Assembly (NCBI GenBank): GCA_012719195.1
Contig: JAAYAV010000296.1
Coordinates: forward strand, 1 to 36,941
Length of the DNA stretch: 36,941 nucleotides
Reading direction: 5' to 3'
Source of the DNA: Anaerolineae bacterium
GTDB lineage: Bacteria; Chloroflexota; Anaerolineae; DRVO01
Shown here: positions 8,358 through 16,483 of the stretch, in pieces
How the letters are laid out: every line of letters starts with the position of its first letter
Position numbering within the stretch: the first letter of the stretch is position 1
Program-made: the position numbers and the translations under genes
Notes under the pieces: model-generated
Databases searched by the model: none
Told to the model about the DNA's origin: nothing
What the model saw: the letters and a program-made list of their open reading frames with translations, nothing else

Positions 8358-9710
8358 ATGGCAACGCGAAACGTCCTCATTCTGGGCGCCGCCGGTCGCG
8401 ACTTCCACAACTTCAACGTCGCTTTCCGAGACAATGCGGGCGCCCGGGTGGTGGCCTTCACCGCCACCCAGATCCCCAACATCAGTGACCGGCGCTATCC
8501 ACCCGACCTTGCCGGCCCAAGCTACCCCGAGGGCGTGCCCATCTACCCCGAGGCCGACCTGGAGCGTCTCATAGCGGACCTCAAGGTGGACGAGTGCATC
8601 TTCGCTTACAGCGACGTATCCCACGAACAGGTCATGCATCTGGCCAGTCGCTGTCTCGCCGCCGGGGCGGACTTCCGGCTTATGGGGATGGCGTCAACGG
8701 CGATCGCCGCCAACGTGCCGGTGGTCTCCGTCTGCGCCGCCCGCACCGGCTCCGGCAAGAGCCAGACCACTCGGCGTGTCTGCGACATCCTCGCCGCCTG
8801 GGGCCGACGCATTGCCGTCGTCCGGCATCCCATGCCCTACGGAGACCTCTCTCGCCAGGCAGTGCAGCGCTTCGCCAATCTGGATGACCTCGACCGGCAC
8901 GATTGCACCATCGAAGAGCGGGAAGAGTACGAGCCGCACATCGAGCGCGGCCATGTGGTCTACGCGGGCGTGGACTATGCCGCCATTCTCCACCAGGCGG
9001 AGGGAGAGGCCGACATCGTCGTCTGGGACGGCGGCAACAACGACCTCCCCTTCTACCGGCCCGACCTACACATCGTGGTGGTGGACCCGCTGCGGCCGGG
9101 GCATGAACTGCGCTTCCATCCCGGCGAGGCCAACCTTCGCCTGGCCGACTGTGTGGTCATCAACAAGGTGGACAGCGGCACCCGGGGGGACATCGACCTG
9201 GTGCGCGATAACATCGCTTCGGTGAACCCGGACGCTATGATCATCGAGGCCGCCTCACCCATCGCCGTGAGCGACCCGGCCGCGATTCGGGGCAAGCGCG
9301 TTCTGGTCGTTGAGGACGGCCCCACCGTCACGCACGGCGGCATGACCTACGGAGCCGGCATGCTGGCCGCCCGTCGCTTCGGTGCCGCCGAGGTGGTGGA
9401 CCCGCGCCCGTATGCCGTGGGTACCATCTCCGACACCTACCGTCAGTATCCCAGCCTGGGCGCAATACTGCCCGCCATGGGCTACGGCCCGGCACAGATG
9501 CGCGAGCTACAGGAGACCATCGAGCGCACGCCGGCCGATCTCGTCATCGCCGCCACGCCCATAGATCTCAGCCGCGTCCTCGAAGTCACCCGCCCTGTCG
9601 AGCGAGTACGCTACGAGCTACAGGAGATCGGCCAGCCTTCGTTGGCGGAAGCTCTCTCGCCGCTGGCGCGGATTCGTCGCCGCCGGGAGAAGGATCCCGC
9701 CCTCGAGTAA
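8358..9710 (+). CDS. COG2403-type P-loop protein (predicted GTPase / cyclic 2,3-diphosphoglycerate synthetase-like)
   Basis: N-terminus VLILGAAGRDFHNFNVAFRDN..VVAFTATQIP...RYPP.LAG..YPEGVPIYPE matches my memory of this family. Walker A ARTGSGKSQT. About 450 aa, as in the archaeal enzyme. AGGAG upstream of the ATG. Confidence 0.6.
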   Translation: MATRNVLILGAAGRDFHNFNVAFRDNAGARVVAFTATQIPNISDRRYPPDLAGPSYPEGVPIYPEADLERLIADLKVDECIFAYSDVSHEQVMHLASRCLAAGADFRLMGMASTAIAANVPVVSVCAARTGSGKSQTTRRVCDILAAWGRRIAVVRHPMPYGDLSRQAVQRFANLDDLDRHDCTIEEREEYEPHIERGHVVYAGVDYAAILHQAEGEADIVVWDGGNNDLPFYRPDLHIVVVDPLRPGHELRFHPGEANLRLADCVVINKVDSGTRGDIDLVRDNIASVNPDAMIIEAASPIAVSDPAAIRGKRVLVVEDGPTVTHGGMTYGAGMLAARRFGAAEVVDPRPYAVGTISDTYRQYPSLGAILPAMGYGPAQMRELQETIERTPADLVIAATPIDLSRVLEVTRPVERVRYELQEIGQPSLAEALSPLARIRRRREKDPALE

Positions 9711-9725
9711 GGAGCGGAGAGCGCC

Positions 9726-10244
9726 ATGGCCGCCGAGAGTCCCCACGTCCGACTCGCCAGAGAGGCGATCCGAGCCTACGTGGAGCAGGGGACCGTCATC
9801 TGCCCCCCGGATCCGTTGCCGCCCGAGCTTAGCGGCCGGGCCGGGGCCTTCGTATCGCTACATCGGGGCGATGACACTCTGCGTGGCTGCATCGGCACCG
9901 TCGAACCCACCGCCCCCACCCTCGCCGAGGAGATCATCCAGAACGCCATCAGCGCCGCCACGCGTGACCCGCGCTTCCCGCCGCTGAGGCCGGTGGAACT
10001 GGAGGACCTGGTGATCTCGGTTGACGTGCTCTCCGAGGCCGAGCCGGTGGACTCCCTGGACGACCTCGACGCGAAGCACTACGGCGTGATCGTGCAGCGG
10101 GACTGGCGGCGGGGGCTCCTGCTACCCGACCTGGAGGGGGTGGAGACGGCACAACAGCAGGTGGCCATCGCCATGCAGAAGGCCGGCATCTCCCCGCACG
10201 AGGAGATCAGTCTCTTCCGCTTCATGGTGCACCGCCACCACTAG
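9726..10244 (+). CDS. AMMECR1 domain protein
   Basis: [16 protein letters not shown] signature, DPRFPPL, LLLPDL. AAGGAG upstream of the ATG. Confidence 0.85.
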   Translation: MAAESPHVRLAREAIRAYVEQGTVICPPDPLPPELSGRAGAFVSLHRGDDTLRGCIGTVEPTAPTLAEEIIQNAISAATRDPRFPPLRPVELEDLVISVDVLSEAEPVDSLDDLDAKHYGVIVQRDWRRGLLLPDLEGVETAQQQVAIAMQKAGISPHEEISLFRFMVHRHH

Positions 10245-10800
10245 GGCGGTCGCTACCGTCGTTCAGCAGGCCCAGGTACGGTAAGTTGCGGTACTTCTCG
10301 CGGTAGTCAAGCCCGTATCCCACCAGGAAGCCCTCTTCCAGCGTGAAGCCCCGGTAGGCGATGGGCAGGTCGATGAAGCGACGTCGCGGCATGTCCACCA
10401 AGGCGCAGACCTTGAGGCTCGCCGGCCGCCGGGCCGAGAGCGTCCGAAGGATGTAGTTGAGCGTCATGCCGGTGTCGATGATGTCCTCGACGAAGAGCAC
10501 ATGTCTTCCAGTGATGCTCACGTCCAGGTCCTTCACGATACGGACCACGCCCTTGGTCTTGGCCGTGGGGCCGTAGCGCGAGATCGCCATGAAGTCCACC
10601 ACCAGCGGAACCGGGACCGCCCGCACCAGATCGGCCATGAATATGAACATCCCTTTCATCACCCCGACCAGGACCGGTTCCAGGCCGCTGTAGTCGGCGG
10701 CGATCTGGGCCCCCAGTTCCCGCACCCGCCGGGCGATCTCCTCCTCCGCCAGGACTACCCTGACGCTCTCGTCGACATCGTGGGTCGGTACCCCACTCAC
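10222..10800 (-). CDS. hpt: Hypoxanthine(-guanine) phosphoribosyltransferase
   Basis: [18 protein letters not shown] (PRPP-binding loop), [33 protein letters not shown]. The GTG start overlaps the upstream gene's stop as GTGA. The 3' end overlaps the AMMECR1 gene by 23 nt (convergent). Confidence 0.92.
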   Translation of the reverse strand: MSGVPTHDVDESVRVVLAEEEIARRVRELGAQIAADYSGLEPVLVGVMKGMFIFMADLVRAVPVPLVVDFMAISRYGPTAKTKGVVRIVKDLDVSITGRHVLFVEDIIDTGMTLNYILRTLSARRPASLKVCALVDMPRRRFIDLPIAYRGFTLEEGFLVGYGLDYREKYRNLPYLGLLNDGSDRPSGGGAP

Positions 10801-11192
10801 TCGGCGTCCTCAGCGGCCGGAGCCGCTTCCTCGATCCCGTACTTGGCCAGCAGTGCCTGGTAGTCTCCCCGGTAGATCAGCTTCACATTGATCTCGGGGT
10901 AGAGCTCGCGCAGCAGGCGCAGCTTGCGGTTCTTGCGGTTGACCAGGCTCTGACGCATGGTGGTCAGTTCGATGTAGAGGTCCTCCTGAGGCAGGTAGAA
11001 GTCCGGAGCAAACGCCTCCAACAGCCTGCCGTCTTCGTCCCACCGCAGCGGGAACGACCGTGGCTCATAGACCCATTCGATCCGGTAGTAGTCCAGCAGT
11101 CGGGCAAACTCCACCTCACTGGGGTTCACCAGGCGAGGTGGCCCCTCCTTCGCGTTCCGGCTAACCTGCGGCCGTACTCCCATCCGCTGCAT
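10797..11192 (-). CDS. Hypothetical protein, possibly an endonuclease-like (PD-(D/E)xK-type) fold
   Basis: 131 aa, translationally coupled (GTGA) to hpt. The FAPDFYLPQEDLYIELT segment resembles restriction-endonuclease-like core motifs, but the canonical Lys is not obvious. The second ATG (11183) has better spacing from GGGAGG than the first (11192). Confidence 0.55.
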   Translation of the reverse strand: MQRMGVRPQVSRNAKEGPPRLVNPSEVEFARLLDYYRIEWVYEPRSFPLRWDEDGRLLEAFAPDFYLPQEDLYIELTTMRQSLVNRKNRKLRLLRELYPEINVKLIYRGDYQALLAKYGIEEAAPAAEDAE

Positions 11193-11332
11193 CCTCCCTA
11201 GTTCGCCCTGATCTTAGGCCACCCTCGCCTGGGGCGCCAGGGCACCGACCTGAGGGAACCAACTGCCTTGCGCGGGCGTCCCTACTGACATGACGGCCAT
11301 CCCGGTCCCGCTGCGACCCGACTGGCGCAGGT

Positions 11333-11361
11333 TTGACCCGCTGCAAGGGCCTGCTTACAAT
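11333..11361 (+). promoter_or_regulatory. Near-consensus sigma-70-like promoter upstream of mtnP
   Basis: TTGACC (11333-11338), 17-nt spacer, TACAAT (11356-11361). It predicts a leader of about 110 nt before the ATG at 11478. Confidence 0.5.
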
Positions 11362-11477
11362 CGCGGCCACGGCAGCCCCTCTTCGTCGCCCCAATTACCC
11401 GACGGGTTCGCGCGGCGCTGCCCCTCTCGCAGCCTCGGGTCCATCGTCACCAGGCAAAGCTCAAGGGAGGCAACTCA

Positions 11478-12335
11478 ATGTCCACAGTGCATCTGGGCAT
11501 CATCGGCGGCAGCGGCCTCTACCACATTGAAGGCCTCTCCGACGTCTCGGAGGTCGCCGTCGATACACCCTTCGGCGCCCCTTCGGACGTGATCACCTTG
11601 GGTCATATTGGCGAGGTCGGTCTCGCTTTCCTCCCCCGCCACGGGCGCGGCCATTTCATCAGCCCGACCGAGATTAACTCCCGCGCCAACATCTGGGCGC
11701 TCAAGTCCCTCGGTGTCAGCCACGTCGTGTCGGTGAGTGCCTGCGGCAGCTTGCGCGAGCACCTGCGGCCGCGCGACGTGGTCGTCCCTGACCAACTCAT
11801 CGACTTCACCAAGCTGCGGAGTGGCAACACCTTCTTCGGCGATGGGATCGTCGGCCACATCGGCTTCGCGGAGCCCTTCTGCCCACACTTCAGCCGCCTG
11901 ACGGCGCAGGCCGTGCGCGAGGCCGGCGGCGCCACCGTACACGAGGGTGGCACCTTCATCACCATCGAGGGGCCGCGCTTCAGCACGAAGGCCGAGTCGC
12001 ACGCTTTCCGCGCCTGGGGAGCGGACATCATCGGCATGACAGCTTCGCCCGAGGCCCAGCTGGCCCGCGAGGCCGGCCTCTGCTACGCCTGTATGGCACA
12101 CGTCACCGATTATGATGTCTGGCACGAGACGGAGGAGGCAGTGACGGTGGAGACCGTCGTCGCCAACGCCCAGGCCAGCATCGGCGTGACGCGGGCGGCA
12201 ATCGTCCGGCTGGCCGGGCAGTTCCCGCTCGAGTGCGAGGACGGCTGCCGCCACTCCCTGGACGCCGCCGTCATGACCGACCCGAGCCGGGTACCAGAGG
12301 CCGCCCGCAAACGCCTCTCACTGATCCTTGGCTGA
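11478..12335 (+). CDS. mtnP: S-methyl-5'-thioadenosine phosphorylase
   Basis: GIIGGSGLY, DTPFGAPSD, FLPRHGRGH, INSRANIWALKSLGV, SACGSL, GMTASPEAQLAREAG. AGGGAGG lies 7 nt upstream. Confidence 0.92.
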   Translation: MSTVHLGIIGGSGLYHIEGLSDVSEVAVDTPFGAPSDVITLGHIGEVGLAFLPRHGRGHFISPTEINSRANIWALKSLGVSHVVSVSACGSLREHLRPRDVVVPDQLIDFTKLRSGNTFFGDGIVGHIGFAEPFCPHFSRLTAQAVREAGGATVHEGGTFITIEGPRFSTKAESHAFRAWGADIIGMTASPEAQLAREAGLCYACMAHVTDYDVWHETEEAVTVETVVANAQASIGVTRAAIVRLAGQFPLECEDGCRHSLDAAVMTDPSRVPEAARKRLSLILG

Positions 12336-13728
12336 CACCGCTGCGGATGCTAAGGGCGTGGCGGGATCACCTCCACGCCTCGGGCGCCTGCCTTTACCGG
12401 CGGCGTTCCTGCTTGCCCAGGCGCTCGCTTTCTCCCTGGGGGCCGCCTACCTCGCCGTGCAGGGCGACTTGGCCCCCGGCCTGCCGCCGCTGATCGCCGC
12501 TGTCCCCTGGGCAGCCTTCTTGGTCAGCCTGTGCCTGGGGCGGCTGGCGCCCTCCGTGCGACTCGAGTTGCTGCCGGCGGCCGTGGGGCTGAACGTGATC
12601 GGCTTGTTCGTCCTGAGCGTAGTGGCCCCCGCCTTCGCTCAGCTCCAGTGTTTGTGGTCCATCATATCACTCAGCGCCTACGGGTTGGTCTCCCGCTGTG
12701 CCGGCGACGCCCGGCGCCTCCGACAACTCAGCGGGCCACTCTTCCTGATCTCGCTCGGTCTGGTACTGCTGACTTTCGCCTACGGCGTCAATCCATCGGG
12801 GGGAGCGCGGCGGCAATGGATCGCCTTGGGGCCGGCCTACTTCGAGCCCTCGGAACTGCTCAAGCTGGCCCTGGCCCTGCTGCTGTCCCTTCAGCTATCG
12901 GGTACCTATGCGGCGGTAGGCAAGCGGCGACCGTGGGCCTACGCCGCCGTGGCCGTCAGCCTCCTGGTGCTTACCCTGCAAGGGGACCTGGGCGCGGCGC
13001 TTATGGTGGCGCTCATCGGCGCGCTAGTCATCTTCGCGGCCAGCGGCCGGTGGCAGCGCCTGCTTCTCGGCCTGGCAGCGGTCGCGGCTGGAGGCGCCGT
13101 CGCTTACGCCGCTCTGCCCTACGTGCGCGTTCGCTTTGACACCTGGCTCGATCCCTGGAGCGACCCCGCCGGAGCGTCCTATCAGATCGTGCAGGGTGCC
13201 CGGGCCCTGGCAGCAGGCGGCCTCACCGGACGAGGGTTGCTGGCCGCCGAAACGGTGCACGTCCCGGCCTCGCACACCGACAGCATCATCGCCGCCCTGG
13301 GCGAACGCCTCGGCCTGGTGGGATCAGTGACGGTCGTCGGGCTGTACGGGGTGATGCTAGCTCAGCTGCGGCGCGTGTACCTCAGAGCGGGCAGCGCCCT
13401 CGAGGCCCTGCTCGCGACCGCCGTCGCCACGCTGTTGGTCGGGCAGGCCATCGTGATCCTGGGGGGCAGCACGGGGCTGGTTCCCCTGACCGGCGTGACC
13501 CTGCCGCTGGTCAGCTATGGGGGTTCTTCCCTACTGATGTCCTACCTGGCCCTGGCCCTGATCGGCGGCAGACGCAACGAGACGGTCGACGCCTCGAGCC
13601 CGGTTCACACCCGGGGCCAGAGTATCGTGCACCTCGCGCTCGCGCTGGCACTGGCACTGGTGACCGTCTGGCTGTCCGCTTGGCATCTGGCTGGCACGAC
13701 CATCATCGAGCATCTGGCTGGTTCCTGA
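12328..13728 (+). CDS. FtsW/RodA/SpoVE (SEDS) family peptidoglycan glycosyltransferase
   Basis: Polytopic, with EPSELLKLAL, HTDSIIAALGERLGLVG and LVPLTGVTLPLVSYGGSSLL motifs. The TTG start overlaps the mtnP end by 8 nt. Confidence 0.85.
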   Translation: MADTAADAKGVAGSPPRLGRLPLPAAFLLAQALAFSLGAAYLAVQGDLAPGLPPLIAAVPWAAFLVSLCLGRLAPSVRLELLPAAVGLNVIGLFVLSVVAPAFAQLQCLWSIISLSAYGLVSRCAGDARRLRQLSGPLFLISLGLVLLTFAYGVNPSGGARRQWIALGPAYFEPSELLKLALALLLSLQLSGTYAAVGKRRPWAYAAVAVSLLVLTLQGDLGAALMVALIGALVIFAASGRWQRLLLGLAAVAAGGAVAYAALPYVRVRFDTWLDPWSDPAGASYQIVQGARALAAGGLTGRGLLAAETVHVPASHTDSIIAALGERLGLVGSVTVVGLYGVMLAQLRRVYLRAGSALEALLATAVATLLVGQAIVILGGSTGLVPLTGVTLPLVSYGGSSLLMSYLALALIGGRRNETVDASSPVHTRGQSIVHLALALALALVTVWLSAWHLAGTTIIEHLAGS

Positions 13729-14212
13729 GCCACTCCTCCACCCGGTCCGCGATGCCCTCAACGTCTCCGACAGCGTATGCGGAGGCCACACCCGCGGCTG
13801 CCGTGCCCACCACGGCCACCACCGGCCGGCCTTCCCCCAACTCCGCCACCACTTCTGGTCGGCCGCCAGTGACCACGATGGCCGGATGAGCGCTCCTCTT
13901 GAAACCCTCGGCCAACACCAGGTCGACATCCATCTGGGCGGCTAAGGGCTCCGGTTCGGCGCCGGTTCGGCGCCACATCAGCAGGGATCGGTCGGGAGCG
14001 AGCACGCCCAGGGCATCGGCACCGGCCTCCCAGAACCGGTCGGTGTCTTTGCCCTTGCGGTCCCACTCGAGATCGCTGCCCAGGTGCTTGATCACCCCAA
14101 CACGGTAGCCTCGCCGGCGCAGAACTGGCACGAGCGACTCGATCAGCGTGGTCTTGCCGCTGTTGGAGTGACCGGTGACAACCAGAATCGGTGCCAAGTT
14201 CGCATGCGGCAT
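13703..14212 (-). CDS. mobB: Molybdopterin-guanine dinucleotide biosynthesis adaptor protein MobB
   Basis: ILVVTGHSNSGKTTLIESL (Walker A), GYRVGVIKH, size 169 aa. The 3' end overlaps the SEDS gene by 26 nt (convergent). Confidence 0.85.
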   Translation of the reverse strand: MPHANLAPILVVTGHSNSGKTTLIESLVPVLRRRGYRVGVIKHLGSDLEWDRKGKDTDRFWEAGADALGVLAPDRSLLMWRRTGAEPEPLAAQMDVDLVLAEGFKRSAHPAIVVTGGRPEVVAELGEGRPVVAVVGTAAAGVASAYAVGDVEGIADRVEEWLRNQPDAR

Positions 14213-14287
14213 GGCATCTCCCCCTTCGTGGTCCGTCGCTGACCGAACGCCTCGCTAGCTCCGTCCGCCAGAACTCTTCGTCCGGCC

Positions 14288-14316
14288 TTGACCCGACATC
14301 ACCACAATGGTAAGGT
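14288..14316 (+). promoter_or_regulatory. Sigma-70-like promoter candidate for the envelope or glycosylation operon
   Basis: TTGACC (14288-14293), 17-nt spacer, TAAGGT (14311-14316). An 8-bp hairpin CGCTCAAC/GTTGAGCG (14319-14350) lies in the predicted leader. Confidence 0.4.
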
Positions 14317-14371
14317 GACGCTCAACAGGCCGCCAGTAGAGCGTTGAGCGAACCAAAAGGAGACGTCGGCG

Positions 14372-14629
14372 ATGATGCCGAGTGCAGGGATGCTCCGCCT
14401 GGCTCTGATCTCGATGGCCTTTGGCCTCTGGTTCATGTTGACCGCGTGCGCCCTCCTGCTGTGGCGCTTCTTAGTCGGGCCCCCGCCTCAGTTGCTGGTC
14501 CACGGAGTGATCTGCTCCGGAATGCTGTCGGTGGCGGGGATACTCGTTTCGGTGGCAGGCTGCTGCGTACCCCAACGGCAGGCCCCCACGGAGTCGGACC
14601 AGTCCGGGCTAGACACACCGGAGGCGTAA
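14372..14629 (+). CDS. Small two-TM membrane protein, unknown function
   Basis: 85 aa. AAGGAG upstream of ATGATG. Two hydrophobic helices (LALISMAFGLWFMLTACALLLW and VICSGMLSVAGILVSVAGCC). Third-position GC counted by hand is about 82%. Confidence 0.6.
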   Translation: MMPSAGMLRLALISMAFGLWFMLTACALLLWRFLVGPPPQLLVHGVICSGMLSVAGILVSVAGCCVPQRQAPTESDQSGLDTPEA

Positions 14630-14698
14630 GGAGCACCGAGTCTGATCGCTCTGCAATCGTTCGCTGCCCTCCTCCTGATTGCCTACCCTGCCGGCTAC

Positions 14699-16483
14699 GT
14701 GGCCGGCAGTCTCTATGCGCCGCTCGCCAGGGAGCCGCTGTGGCTGCGCATCACGGTGCGGATCCTGATGGGAGTGGCCGCCTGGCCGCTCATAGTGGCC
14801 GGGTTTGGCGCCCTCAGCCTGCCGATGACACCCGGGGTGGTATGGGCCTACGCCATCCTCACCCTCGGGGGAGCGCTGCTGATCCTGTGGCGTGGTCGGG
14901 GCCGCCAGCAACCAACTGAGCGAGACGGTCACGCCTGGGCCATGCTGGGCGTGATGGCCGCCACCCTTGCGCTGCGGTGCTGGCAGGTGCGCGGCGTCGT
15001 CTGGCCCCTCTGGGGTGACGCCGTCAACCACAGCGCCGCCGTGGCGCTCTTCCTCGAGCAGCAGGGCTTGCCGCACAACTGGGGCGCCTACATCCCCACC
15101 AGCACCACCTTCTCCTACCACTTCGGCTTCCATGCCTGGGCCGCCGCCGTCTCCTGGATCACCTCGGTGCCCCCCTGGTGGGCCGTGTTCTGGACGGAGC
15201 GGTTCCTGAGCACGCTGGCCCCTCTCGGCGCCTATCTCCTCGCCGTGACGTTCTTCCGAGACCGGCGCATCGGCCTGGGCGCTGCCATCGCCACCGGCCT
15301 GCTCACCATGATGCCCCAGTATTATGTCAATTTCAGCCGCGACACGCAGTTGTTGGGGCAAACGCTGGTCCCCCTGGTCGCCTACCTCCTCGCCGGAGCC
15401 GTCCGCCGGAGTGGCTGGTCCGTCGCCGCCGCGCTGGCCGCCCTGTCTTTCACAGCTATGGTCTTCGCCCACTACCTGGTCTACCAGCTAGCACTGGGGC
15501 TGGTGCTGGCCGCAGTAGTCCTGGTGGCAGAGCGCCGCCGGTGGTTCGGCTCGCTGATCCGGCTGGGCGGGGTGGCGGTGGTGGGCGCGGCGCTGGCTGC
15601 GCCCTGGGTATGGCGCGTCCTGCAGACCCAGCAGGCGGTCTGGCGCTCGGCCCACGTCCAATACAGCCCCGACTTCGGCCGCCTCTTCTTCGAGGCCCCG
15701 CCCATCCTGGAGTACGAGACGCTCCCTCTCCTGCTCGCAGCCGCGCTCGGGCTCGTGGTCGGGCTCCGGCGGCATCCGCGCCCCACCTTGGCCCTCCTGG
15801 TGTGGCTGGGCTCGATGCTTCTCTGGGCCAACGGCTACCGGACTCCCATCCGCGCCCTCCATCAAGTGAACTACATCGCCGTATACATGGCTCTCTATCT
15901 GATCACCGGGCCCCTGGTCGGCGTGCTGCTAACCTACCTTGCCGACGTGATTGGCCCGCGGCTGCGCCTGTCTCGGGCAGCGCTGGCCGGCGCCGCCGTC
16001 ATCGCGGGCACCGTGACCGGATTCGCCGCCTACGGCAATCTGGTGGACGAGACGTATGTCCTCGTGCATGCCGAGGACGTGCGCGCCTTCGATTGGATCA
16101 AGCAGAACACTCCGGGAGACGCGCGCTTCCTCATCAATGCCTTCTCGGCAACGGGCGAGGACGGCCTTGTGGTGGGATCAGACGCCGGCTGGTGGTTGAC
16201 GATTGCGACCGGGCGAGACGTGTCGGTGCCGGTGATCAACTACCAGACCGAACTCGTCTCCCCCGAGTACGTCGCTCGCCTGCAGACCCTCGCCTCCTAC
16301 GATACGGCCACTCTGGCTACCGAAGCCGGGGCGGCCGAGCTATGTCGCCAAGGTATCACCCACGTGTACGTCGGCGCGGTGGGCGGCCCCCTGGACGGGG
16401 CCGCCTTGGCCCAGTCGCCCCGCTACCGCCCGGTCTACGGGGATGGCGCCGCCATGGTTTTGGCGATAGACTGTGCCCCGTAG
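14699..16483 (+). CDS. Polytopic membrane protein with a C-terminal extracytoplasmic domain, GT-C-fold-like putative glycosyltransferase (family not identified)
   Basis: About 10-12 hydrophobic segments followed by a ~190-aa soluble region. It heads a glycosyltransferase operon. The first canonical start is GTG 14699, but the true start is probably upstream at CTG 14642 or ATC 14645 behind a TAAGGAG site (see findings). Confidence 0.6.
   Translation: MAGSLYAPLAREPLWLRITVRILMGVAAWPLIVAGFGALSLPMTPGVVWAYAILTLGGALLILWRGRGRQQPTERDGHAWAMLGVMAATLALRCWQVRGVVWPLWGDAVNHSAAVALFLEQQGLPHNWGAYIPTSTTFSYHFGFHAWAAAVSWITSVPPWWAVFWTERFLSTLAPLGAYLLAVTFFRDRRIGLGAAIATGLLTMMPQYYVNFSRDTQLLGQTLVPLVAYLLAGAVRRSGWSVAAALAALSFTAMVFAHYLVYQLALGLVLAAVVLVAERRRWFGSLIRLGGVAVVGAALAAPWVWRVLQTQQAVWRSAHVQYSPDFGRLFFEAPPILEYETLPLLLAAALGLVVGLRRHPRPTLALLVWLGSMLLWANGYRTPIRALHQVNYIAVYMALYLITGPLVGVLLTYLADVIGPRLRLSRAALAGAAVIAGTVTGFAAYGNLVDETYVLVHAEDVRAFDWIKQNTPGDARFLINAFSATGEDGLVVGSDAGWWLTIATGRDVSVPVINYQTELVSPEYVARLQTLASYDTATLATEAGAAELCRQGITHVYVGAVGGPLDGAALAQSPRYRPVYGDGAAMVLAIDCAP

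Noticed and set aside
11193-11477. Possible tRNA, sRNA or known riboswitch in the 285-nt hyp/mtnP divergent intergenic region
   Set aside because: There is no cloverleaf or T-loop (GTTCGAATC-like) sequence, and no match I could make to SAM/SAH/purine riboswitch cores. Only a generic structured leader is reported, at low interest.
11475-12254. 259-aa minus-strand ORF antisense to mtnP
   Set aside because: The mtnP frame carries all family motifs, and the antisense translation is featureless.
14699-16483. Possibility that the polytopic protein is a PglB/AglB-type N-oligosaccharyltransferase acting on the N-x-S/T sequons of the repeat protein
   Set aside because: I found no WWDYG-type catalytic motif, only GWWLT in the C-terminal domain. 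The overall length is shorter than STT3-family enzymes. I retained it only as a generic GT-C-like candidate.
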